Positions 23,544 through 33,857 of a stretch of 34,510 bases of DNA are shown here, piece after piece. A program made the translations under genes and the position numbers. How positions within the stretch are numbered: position 1 is the stretch's first letter; each line of letters starts with the position of its first letter. A model generated the notes under the pieces. That model saw only the letters and a program-made list of their open reading frames with translations, was not told where the DNA came from and ran no database searches. Source of the stretch: Octopus bimaculoides (taxonomy: Eukaryota); NCBI RefSeq assembly GCF_001194135.2, contig NC_068993.1:34914734-34949243 (forward strand), given 5' to 3'.

Positions 23544-24078
23544 ATTTATTTTATTCAGATGCATATTCGTTTATTAGAATAATATAGGGACATTCCTTAT
23601 TCCCCCACTAATGGAATTAATAGTATATAATACATATTTTTAGCAATAAATTATTACCGTAAACGATGGGTTGGGCATAAAGGCGGGAACTGAACAGGAA
23701 ACGGAATAAGGATATGGAACAGTGTAGTGGTAAACGGGAACTGGGGATAATTCCCGTTTCCCTGGTATACCGGTCAACTCATTTATTTTACTCAGATGCA
23801 TATTCGTTTGTTAAAATAATACAGGGACATACCTTATTCACCCACTTATCGTATTAATAGTTTGTGATACCCATTTTATAGAAATAAACTACTACCATAA
23901 AGGTTAATAAAATATTCAATGGCTTAATTACTTTATTGACATAGAATTGGAGATAGAAATGGGAGCAGAATTAAAGCGGGAACTGAACAGGGAACGGTAT
24001 AGGACATGAAACAGTGAAATGGGAATGAAAACTGAAAATAACACCAGGTTTTCCGGGTATTAAGGGTAATTCAGCTAG
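23544..24078 (+). repeat. Diverged tandem duplication (units 23544-23780 and 23781-24078)
   Basis: Both units start ATTTATTTTA(T/C)TCAGATGCATATTCGTTT and share GGGACAT(T/A)CCTTATTC and GCGGGAACTGAACAGG(A/G)AACGG. Unit 2 has an extra block of about 60 bp. Confidence 0.9.
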
Positions 24079-24355
24079 TATATATATATATATATATATA
24101 TNNNNNNNNNNNNNNNNNNNNNNNNNNNNNNNNNNNNNNNNNNNNNNNNNNNNNNNNNNNNNNNNNNNNNNNNNNNNNNNNNNNNNNNNNNNNNNNNNNN
24201 NNNNNNNNNNNNNNNNNNNNNNNNNNNNNNNNNNNNNNNNNNNNNNNNNNNNNNNNNNNNNNNNNNNNNNNNNNNNNNNNNNNNNNNNNNNNNNNNNNNN
24301 NNNNNNNNNNNNNNNNNNNNNNNNNNNNNNNNNNNNNNNNNNNNNNNNNNNNNNN

Positions 24356-24392
<37 letters not shown>
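24079..24392. repeat. (TA)n on both sides of assembly gap N24102-24355
   Basis: Seen directly. Confidence 0.95.
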
Positions 24393-24399
<7 letters not shown>

Positions 24400-24949
24400 A
24401 TCAGAAATCTCAGATTAACAAACGCATCGATTGGACCACATTTATAGCTTATTTATTAATATACAAAGCATGACATAACAAATCTTACGGCCGTTTCCGC
24501 ATCCGTTGCCAACCGCTGTCTATCAATAATTGCGAAAATAGAATTCTTCATCTTCGTAGGACATTCGGATTAAGAGACAGAATTTCATTAGAGTAGAAAA
24601 CAAGAGCATCCAATATAAACAAAGGGAAGAAGGAATAGGAAAGAAAATATGGCCTAGAAAAGTAGTCTAGAAGCCCAATATATTAAAAGCATATAATCTA
24701 CCATTCTTGAGGCTACGAGATCTGCAGTCAAAAGAGTGAGCTAGTACTGGTCTACGAAATACTACAATTTATTTACGGGTAGTCACAATTTAGGGTAGGG
24801 TGCAAGATGTTTTAAAATTTAAGGAAAGAAGTTATCAAAAAAATATATAAAGAAACTTACTGACATGATTATCAAAAGGAAATACCTATGCTAACGAAGT
24901 AAACTCAAGTAAATGTATCCAAAACATTACCGTAAGGTGCTTAAAAGAA

Positions 24950-26310
24950 TTTACTCACAGAAAACATCTCTAATAGACGCCTTGAATTACTTAAGAAACG
25001 CCTGTATAAATTCTTCAATAGATTCGGCCTCTTCATTACTATAGAAAATGAAAACTACTCTATCAACTACTTGGGCGTTAACTGTGATTTAAATACGTGT
25101 TTATACCAACCTTATAAGTAACCATCCACAATCAGTAAAAAGGGCTTTAATAAGAGACATTAGGAAAAAGATTTCCTCTCTCTCATCTAATGAGGACATA
25201 TTTAATAGTCATAAGGATAAGAATGATAGCGCACTTATGGAGGCGAGCTATAGAGATATAATTAAATATATCCCACACGAGCGTGAAATTGGTAGTAGTA
25301 ATAACGAATATGCTAACCGTAACATTACTGCGCATGACCATTCACCCAAGCGTTGTAAAAATGCACAGGTAGGAGCAGAAAATGACACTAATAAGTTCAG
25401 GTTTAGTAAGTATGAATAGCTACAAAAATGATAGTAACATATTACGTAGAGTTAGGCGAGTCAATGGACGCAGGAAAAATAATATCAATAAGCACACAGT
25501 ATCCGCGAAGACAATACTGGTAAATCGGGAGATAAAATCTGGTGCATAATCCCTTTTGTAATGCAGATGACGGACTTAGCTAAGCAATTATTGAACGTTG
25601 TAAATAATTATTTTGATAAGAATAATAGGTACTCTAAACTTATAAGCAGTAGTACAATAAGGATAGGTTATAGCTTTACACATAATTTAGGGAGCATTAT
25701 ATCCTCCCTGAATAATAGAAAATTAGATACTTTCTACTCAAATAGAAATGAAAATAGCAACGACAGCGGTATTAGTATAAACAATAACAATGAACACCAC
25801 CCCAACCTTAGTACAGAATACACTCAGAACCAACATAACCTTAATAGACCTAATCCTACCCCACTAGGAAGCAACTCCCCACCCACAGTATAATCTATGT
25901 GACTGTAGGAACAAGAATAATTGTGCCTTCGGTAACACCTGTAGAATTGAGGACGTAATTTACCAATATACAGTCACAACACAGTCAAGCAAAATGAGTT
26001 ACATTGGAGCAACCCAAAATGAAATAAAACGAAGACTTGCCACGCATCAACATTCTTTTAGAAATAGAAATAGAATTAATTCGACAGGTTTAAGTAGGTA
26101 TATTTGGGAGCTCAAAGATAGTAACACTAGCTTCACATTAAAATGAGAGATTCTCGCTACTCGACCTTCGTATAATAAAAATAATAGGAAATGTTACCTT
26201 TGCATTAATGAAATGTTTTTCATTCTTACAGCACGTAATCCATTAGTGAACCTGAGAGATGAGCGAAGTGATACTTGCCTGTACAAAGGGAGGTCTACTT
26301 TCGATAAATA
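24950..26310 (+). mobile_element. Penelope-like element (Neptune-type): RT C-terminus, linker and GIY-YIG endonuclease; pseudogenised, RT core not visible
   Basis: RT C-terminus: FITIENENYSINYLGVNCDLNTCLYQPYK, then SNHPQSV...ISSLSSNEDIF...SY and LLNVVNNYF...IRIGYSFTHNLGSIISSLN. From about 25890: CDCRNKNNC...C...DVIYQYTVTT...SYIGATQNEIKRRLATHQHSF...TGLSRYIWELK...KCYLCINEMFFI (VIY-YIG, RxxxH). Confidence 0.88.
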
Positions 26311-26751
26311 TAAATAACATTAGAAACACTTATACTACCCCATAATAGTACAAATAAACCCACAGCATAAAGATAGTAGCCCCTCATAGTATAAAGTAGG
26401 TTAATTATAGTTTGTCTTGTTAGAAATTACCTAGGCTCTTGTAGGTATTCAAATAAACAACCCCTCCTCTTGCCCTTTCCTTAGTTTAGATGTTACTCCC
26501 CACCCGTATCAACTACCTACTTCTTATACCAATTTGCTCTTTTCCCATATTATTATCACCTAACTCCTTTTATTAATGTCTGTTATTTCTATCATAATTT
26601 ATCCGAGAACACAGAGGTCTTAGGCATTCTGCCATATGGTCTTTTTCCCATAATAGCTACTTCAAATCCTATATTTTATTTAAATTTCAATTTTAGCTTT
26701 TCCTATCTTGTTTGCTTTCTTTATCCTCTACATTTTTCCTTTATTTTATTT

Positions 26752-26781
26752 GGGGTTAGGTTAGGGTTAGGGTTAGGGTTA
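26752..26781 (+). repeat. Short interstitial telomere-like array (TTAGGG)3 plus degenerate units
   Basis: GGGGTTAGG TTAGGG TTAGGG TTAGGG TTA. Confidence 0.85.
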
Positions 26782-26839
26782 TTTGAATATATACTTTAAC
26801 CATGTAACACAAGCCTTCTGTAGTTTTTTAACTCTTGTT

Positions 26840-26872
<33 letters not shown>

Positions 26873-26976
26873 CACGAGGGGGTATGAAAAGTCTTGAGTT
26901 TCAGGAAACAAAACATGGTACCTTCTGATGAAGGTACAAAACTTGAAAGCTCAAAACTTTTTATGCACCCCTTGAA
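26873..26976. mobile_element. About 104-bp palindromic mini-element, probably a MITE derived from mariner-type TIRs
   Basis: CGAGGGGGTATGAAAAGTCTTGAGTTTCAG at the left is an imperfect inverted repeat of CTTGAAAGCTCAAAACTTTTTATGCACCCCTTG at the right. TA lies on both flanks (26871-72, 26977-78), and there is a central perfect hairpin GTACCTTC-TGAT-GAAGGTAC. Confidence 0.55.
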
Positions 26977-27030
26977 TAATATTATACGTTGGACCGAAAT
27001 TTCACATCATTGAACTGCATGTTATTTTGG

Positions 27031-27845
27031 GGCTAACCAAAATAACATGCAGTTCAATGTTATGAAATTTCAGGCACTCTACTATCAGTCTAACACCACG
27101 CTTAAATCGGAATACACTGGACCAGAAAGTAATACGATTCCAGAGTCAGAGTCGATGCCTGACCTTGGGGTTCACAAGAGCAATGATGCAACATTTCATG
27201 TGCATATTACCAAGATAGTAACACTGTGCAGTTGAGTGGCTGGATGGATTCTGAGGACATTCAGAACGAGGAAAAGGGAGGCCTTGCTACTCGTATGGAA
27301 AACTTTCGTTCTAAGCCACTTGGACTACTGCTCCCAACTATGATCCCCAGAGAGTGTGAAACAAACTGTGGAACTCTAAGCAACCCAATGCCAATACACA
27401 TAGAAGATTGACTTGATGCAAAAGATGGACTACTGGGAGAGACTAAAGGGTGTGTGTCTCTATTCCCTGGCGAGAAGACGAATAGATATGCGGTGATGTA
27501 TATTTGGAAGATCTTGGAGGGTTTAGCTCTTAGTTTTGGAATTGACAGCTATACCAATCTTCGAACTGGACGGCACTGCATCATACTAAAAATCCCGTCT
27601 ACCCCATCTAAAATAAGGACACAGTACTTCAATAGTCTGGGCTTCAAGGGCTCGCAATTGTTCAACATCTTTCCAGGCAGCCTTAGAGATCTACACGGTA
27701 TTGCTGTGGAAGTTTTCAAGGAACGTCTGGACAGGTTTCTGAGATACCAGATGAACCCACATCGCGGCAGGAGACGCAAACAAGAGCAACTCTATCCAAC
27801 TCGCTGCTTCAACAGAAACAGTACCGGAAACAACACCGAGTAACT
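27031..27845 (+). mobile_element. CR1-type LINE, 5'-truncated 3' fragment (RT C-terminus)
   Basis: WANQNNMQFNVMKFQ, DLGV, GWILRTF, SHLDYCSQL, RRRNRYAVMYIWKILEG, RTGRHC, GSQLFNIFP...FKERLDRFL and PDEP...SNSL appear in order across frameshifts. Confidence 0.88.
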
Positions 27846-27869
27846 ATATATGTATATCTATATAGGTAC

Positions 27870-30800
27870 TGAGGTTTCTTCTTGGAGACAGCGGGTAACC
27901 ATATACTCCCGCTCGTCTCAGTCATGGTTGGGTCGTCGGTGACTAAACCGGGTCCCCTCTTGCTTCAGCTTTCTGGATCTTGGAGAAGGGCACAAAAAGG
28001 CTGTCCTCGTCCCTCACCATATTAAACTAAGACCACAACGGTAGATCAAGCAGATGAAGCTAGATCTCCGAACTCAACGATTGGTCCTAGCGGAAGAGGG
28101 TGATATCAGACGAACTGGCTAGAAAGGCGCAACTCTAATAACATTAGATCTAGTGGCATTCCGATGCAACCCGTCTTCAGGACTTCGCATGTCACTCTAG
28201 GTAGTGCTGCAGCAGAAGTTTGGGTTATAGTGCGTGGGGACCCCCTTGGCAACGAGATCTTCACCCTAAACAAACCCACACCACTGGCTGGTTTCTTTTT
28301 GGTCCAACTCTTCCTTTCCTTTTTTTTCTCTGCAAAAGTCCAACGGCGATGGGGTAAGGATGGTGGGAGCAGGTTTGGCGAAACTAGAAGCTCTTAGTCC
28401 AGACCTGCAAGTTGGCGGCAGATGCAAGATGGTCGCCCTCCTGAGACCTAGTGACAACTCAGGGACTCGGCCCTATATCTGCAACTGGGCAGGCCTATTT
28501 GGGAACATCGCTGCTCAACCTGAATGGAGAAGGCCCTAGAAAAGGTGGGCTAAACATCAGATATCATCACAGAATCCTGGTTGATAAATTGTGTCCAGCG
28601 GGACACCCATTCAAGCGGTCGAGCAACGGAAATTGAATTAATTAAATTAACTACTTCAAGACACGGAGAAACGAGAGCGCAGAACAGCTCTTGTCTCCAA
28701 AGAACTAACGAGATTTAACATCCACATTGCTGCCCTCAGCGAAACATATCTATCTGGGGAAGGAAAGACTGGCGAGATAGGTTCGAGTTATACCTTCTGG
28801 AAAGGGAAAGAAGAAGGAAAGAAAATTTCACGGAGTTGATTTTGCTGTAAAATCCAAGCTTGTGAAGGGATACCATCTGAAACCTTCTGCCATCAATGAA
28901 CGGCTTATGACTCGGAATACCGATCTCTGTTGCCATCATTATGACACTGATCTCTACTTATCCACCTACACTTGATGCCAATGACAATGAGAAAGACACC
29001 TTCTACCAACAACTGAGTGACCTGATCCTCAATGTACCACCAAATGACTAGCTCCTCCTCCTCGGGCATTTCAATGCAAGAGTGGGGAGAGACAACAGAC
29101 TATGGGACAATGTTATTAACAAAGAAGGAGTAAGAAACTACAATGAAAATGGACTCCTGGTCCTTGGGCTGTGCGCTGAACATTCTCTTCATTACCAACA
29201 CCGAATTTCGATTTCCAAATCGCTTCAAAACCACCTGGAAGCACCCCAGGTCGAAACACTGGTTCCTCCTAGACTGCTCCATCATCCGAGAATGAGACAA
29301 AAGAAACGTCCTCGTCATGCGAATGGCTATCAGAGCTGACGATTGTAAGACAGAAAATCGTCTAGTCATTACCCGCCTTCGAATAATGGTTAACAACAAA
29401 CCAAAGACTGGAAAAATAAAACCAGTCAGAAGAAAATTTGACATATCGAAACTTAACAACCCAGAGATCAGCTCCTTTTATTTATCTTCTATTCTCAAAC
29501 ATATTCAAGCCATCCCATCTGACAACCAACTGATAAGGAATGGAGCAAACTTCGAAAAAACCATCACTGAAATGGCTGAAAATAACCTCAAGTACAGCAA
29601 GAGGAAACGTCAGGACTAGTTTGATGACAATGATCAAGAAATCAGCCAGCCGATAGATGCAAAACGCCAAGCCCGCCCCTCTCATGAGCAAGAACCAAGA
29701 TCGCGGCACAAGAAGGTGAGATACCAAGACCTTTAAAGACAATGCCAAACAAATTTGAGAGAGATGCAGAACAACTGGTGGCAACAAAAAGCAGTTGAAC
29801 TCCAAAGGTAAGCTGATGCCCATTACCTCAGACGCTTCTACGCAGGGGCGAAGGAATTTTTGTGGCCCGTGAGATAATCAATAGGGTCTCTTTAATCAGT
29901 AGACTCCAACACCATCCTGACTGACCCACAAGATATCTTTCAACGCTGGAGACACCACTTCTCGAGTCTTCTGAACCAAGACTCCAACGCGGCGGAAGGC
30001 TTCTTGAAGAACGTACCCATGCATCCAACTCGACACTAGATGAACACGCCACCATCCGACGAAGAGTACCAGATTGCCCTCAACCGCATGAAGCACCGGA
30101 AGTCCCCTCGCCCAGACAACATCCCAATGGAACTTCTGAAACATGGTAGACTACTATTAAACATTAGTCTGTTCACATTGATTTTCCGAATGTGGAAGAA
30201 CCGCCATGTTCCCGAATACCTCAAAGATGTTGTTATTACCACCATTTTCAAAAAAGGAGATAGAAAGATCTGTGGGAACTTTCGTGGCATCTCACTGCTC
30301 TCCACCGAAGGGAAAATCTTTGCAAGGCTCCATCTGGATCGTCTCGCAGAGTAAGTCCTACCCGAATCACAATGTGGATTTGACCACCCAGAGGGACAAC
30401 TGACATGATCTTTTGTGCTCGACAAATACAAGAAAAGCGCAGAGAACAACAAAAACCTCTGAATTTTTGTTTTCTACGACCTCGAAAAGGCCTTTGATAC
30501 CATCCCAAGGCCTGAAATGTGGAAGGTCCTCCGACGCTTCGGCTGCCCCCGATCAGTTCATTTCCCTAGTACAGGGATTGCGCGATGGTATGAATGGAAC
30601 CATCTTCCATCAAAATCAACTGTCTAAAGATTTCCCCATCACTGAAGATGCGTTTTGGGCCCGAGCTCTTCTCTCTGTACCTTGCAGCAATGTTTAATGA
30701 ACTGCCTTCGGACAATCCAGGAGTCAACATTATGTACCGTTATGATGGGAGATGTTTCAACCTTGCCAGATTGAAGTCACGAAGACTGACCAGGGAGCGA

Positions 30801-31090
30801 AAGATCACTGAACTTCCGTATGCTGATGACAACGCAGCGGTCTGTCACTCCTGTGAACAGCTTCAAAAATCGGTGAATAGCTTCACCAATGCTTACACTA
30901 AAAGTCAACATCAAAAAACAAAAAGTCTGGCACAACTAGTTCTAAGTCAGGAAACTCCAGACTTCAACATTACCATCTCAGAGACATCACTGGAGAAAGT
31001 CGACCACTTTTCATACTTAGGAAGTTTGCTTCCGAACAAGTGCATATCGGGAAACGTTGTGGAGAACCGATTCAGAGCGACTCACACCTC
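27870..31090 (+). mobile_element. RTE-clade (BovB-like) LINE: GC-rich putative 5' UTR, APE endonuclease and RT; pseudogenised, 3'-truncated
   Basis: APE from about 28670: ERRTALVSKEL...IAALSET, LLLLGHFNARVG, NENGLLVLGLCAE, TTWKHPRSKHW..LDC. RT: KSPRPDNIPMELLK, FKKGDRKICGNFRGISLLSTEGK, PESQCGF, DLEKAFDT, GPELFSLY, LPYADD, VDHFSYLGS. Assigning 27870-28640 to the UTR is inference. Confidence 0.9.
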
Positions 31091-31448
31091 TTATGCTAAA
31101 AACAAGAGTTAAATTAATTCTAAAGCCGCTAAAGCACTAAATTAATGCATGACAAAGGGAAGTAAGTCCTTATCGTACATAGCCGTATTGCAACTTCGCA
31201 TTTTGGTGTAAAACACTTTAAACGCCGTTTGGAAAATCAGCATATGATTCAAACGGTTTGACAGGAGAAGTTGAGTTTAATCCTAGGTGTTATGAGCTGC
31301 TGGTGAGAATTAAGGTGTTTTACAACAAAATTCGAAATTGCAATACGGCTATGTACGCTAGGGGCTTACCTTGCTTTGTCAGTCATTCATTTAGTGCTTT
31401 AGTGGCTTTAGAGCTTTAGATTTAATTTAACTCTTATTTTTAGCATAA
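31091..31448. mobile_element. MITE-like palindrome with about 130-bp TIRs
   Basis: 31091-31220 (TTATGCTAAAAACAAGAGTTAAATT...CGTACATAGCCGTATTGCAACTTCGCATTTTGGTGTAAAACACTTTA) aligns with the reverse complement of 31311-31448. TA at both ends is compatible with a Tc1/mariner-type TSD. Confidence 0.8.
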
Positions 31449-31971
31449 ACAGTGCTGGCCAGCACGCGTCGTCACTTTTGTGACCGCTATTAATTTTGTC
31501 TTTAGGTTCTAATTGTTAATAAGCTACCCATTTAATTTGTTTTTCAGTAATTCGTCTACATCCTTTCAAGAAATATGTTAACATTTGTTCTGTAAACTCA
31601 TAAAGCCATTATGAGATTCTGCTACACACAGTTTAAGATGATGACCAATTCTTAATATTTGATCCTACCCAAATGCTTAAAATTACGAATCAGTTAGGGG
31701 CATGAATCGTAATACATATGTAGGTCTATGGCATCTGCCATTTTTTTTTTTGAGCTTATTTGTATTGTTCTTATGAAAAACTTTCAACTTCATATCATAC
31801 AAATAAATTATGCATCCATGATTCTCCATTTTCTCTCTTTCATTATTAACAATATATATTACTGTAATAATCCTAAACATAACGTCGAAACTTTCTCCTT
31901 ATATAATACTTATTAACCAGTGAAATCTTTGGATTATTTAATTCCTAATGAGGGAGGGCCTGACATCCTCG

Positions 31972-32009
<38 letters not shown>

Positions 32010-32299
32010 GTTATTTATATATTATATATATATTATGCTGTGCCTGGGAGAGACATTCTCTTTTAGTGCCTTATTATTTAACACACTCACCGGTAAAGTT
32101 GTCAATCATTTACTTGTTTATTTTTCCTAAAATTTTCGTTCCGTCTTGCAACCTTTTCAATAATCGTAGACTCTATCCGTTATCCGAGCTGCGTTCTTTT
32201 TGTTTGTGCGCATGTGTGTGGGTCAGTGTGTGTGAGCATATACATGTATGTATGTGTTTGTGCGTAAGTATACATATGTATGTATGTGTGTACGTATGT

Positions 32300-32667
32300 C
32301 CAAGGCTGCGATTTAAAGACCGTGTCAAGTCCTCATCAAAGGCCTGTGGTATGCAGGACACTGACTGAGAGAACAATGCCTGTCATCGCCGCGGATGGAG
32401 GAAGCAGGTTAAGGAGGGGATCGACATTTTTGAGAGAGCACGTATCCAGCATGAAGAGCTTAAGCGAGCTGCACGAAAGCGCACGGCTCGTATAGCGAAT
32501 GGGGAAAGCTTGGTCTGCAATGTTTGCAGTCGTGTATGTTGTCAAGAGCAGAGATCATTAGCCACCAACGGAGCCGCAAATGGAAAATATAAGTTAGTCC
32601 TAGAGCGCACAATGTTCCTGAAGGTTGGCAATGATCTTCCTTGGTCACGAGTGGACGGCCATCATCA
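32300..32667 (+). mobile_element. RTE 3'-end fragment with C2H2 finger and (CAT)n tail, nested in the Penelope UTR
   Basis: PRLRFKDRVK...RRGWRKQVKEG...KRAARKR...CNVCSRVC..RAEIISHQRS, ending GACGGCCATCATCA. Possible 8-bp TSD: ACGTATGT / ATGTATGT. Confidence 0.82.
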
Positions 32668-33071
32668 TGTATGTATATATTGTGCATATCCATGTGTTTG
32701 TGTGTTTGCAGATTTGTGTATTTGTACCTCTATTTCCTTGTGTGTGCATGTTTGAGTATGTTTGTGTGTGTGTGTGTATGGGTTTTGTGACTATGTGCTG
32801 TGTCTGTATGTATGTATGTGTATCTCCATTTGTGTAGATGTGCGTCTCCATATGTGTCCTTGTGTGAAGTGAAGTGTGTGTGAATATGGTCAAGTGTTTC
32901 AGTCTTCATTTGGGTGTGTGTATGTGTGCTTGTCCGTTCCTATTACCTTTGTACCTATTAGTCTGTATGTTTATCTGTTTACGTTCATATCCATTTCCCT
33001 ACATACATGTGCATATACATATACGTATACACACACCACACTCACACATACATACATCTACATAACAGCCT

Positions 33072-33531
33072 ACTTTGCCAACATGCCAAGGACAAACATG
33101 GAGGCAACCTGAGTCAACATGACATCCGCATTTTATCCAAGCACCCAAAGGACCCAACCCTCAGACAAATACAGGAGTACGTCCTCATAAATGAAACATC
33201 CTCAGTACTAAATAGGAAATATACGTAGTAGGTAATCACACTCCCATACTCACAGTTTATATCTACATACAGGTAGAATACTCCCATACTCACAGTTTAT
33301 ATCTACATACAGGTAGAATAGTTATTCTACCTGTATGTAGATATAAACTGTGAGTATGGGAGTGTGATTACCTACTACGTATATTTCCTATTTAGTACTG
33401 AGGATGTTTCATTTATGAGGACGTACTCCTGTATTTGTCTGAGGGTTGGGTCCTTTGGGTGCTTGGATAAAATGCGGATGTCATGTTGACTCAGGTTGCC
33501 TCCATGTTTGTCCTTGGCATGTTGGCAAAGT
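33072..33531. repeat. Perfect 209-bp inverted repeat with a 40-bp tandem duplication in the spacer
   Basis: By eye, 33072-33280 is the exact reverse complement of 33323-33531. 33241-33280 is repeated exactly at 33281-33320. Confidence 0.95.
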
Positions 33532-33857
33532 CTAGAAGACTGTTTTTTGTCACTATATCGTCTCAAATGTTCATTTAGTCTTTCCGCAATGCTCCTAGAT
33601 GTTTCCCCTGTGTATGTCATGTTCATGTCTTTACAAGCACCTTCTATGCATCTTATGCTGTAGATTACGTTTCTAGTTCTACAGTTAATGCCAGGTTTAA
33701 TCCTACATATCATGCAGTTATCATTAGTGCATATTGTATTCTTAAAGAGTTACGTCCTACAGAGTTGTGATCTGATGGAGTTCCCTGGCTTTTCAACAAC
33801 CTTAATATTGAGTTTGGTCTCCTTCAGAGCTTTGCTAAATCTACGGGCTAGTTCTCG

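Larger units (their letters stand above)
22600..24078 (+). mobile_element. Helitron-like (Lep1/DINE-type) non-autonomous composite, tentative
   Basis: It begins ATATATAAACGGCAATTTCTGTCTGTC...GAAACTTTGCA and contains internal microsatellites. A module is repeated at about 22689 (TAACATCCAGTTCAATAATAGGCC) and 23364 (TAACATCCAGTTGTATTATAGGCG). It ends with an imperfect hairpin (ACCAGG-TTTT-CCGGGT) followed by ...CAGCTAG|T, the Helitron CTAG 3' signature. Confidence 0.4.

Noticed and set aside
24400-24950. Extension of the Penelope element upstream to include the RT core
   Set aside because: I found no RT motifs (such as YxDD) in any frame, so the segment is left unassigned.
31940-31980. CCTAATGAGGGAGGGCCTGACATCCTCGAATTG as a degenerate hammerhead
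   Set aside because: Two core mismatches (CUAAUGA, GAAU), no stem III, and the wrong strand relative to the adjacent Penelope.
16041-33320. Tandem duplications (16041-16270, 23544-24078, 33241-33320) as CRISPR-like arrays
   Set aside because: Each has only two units with no unique spacers, in a eukaryotic context with no cas genes.
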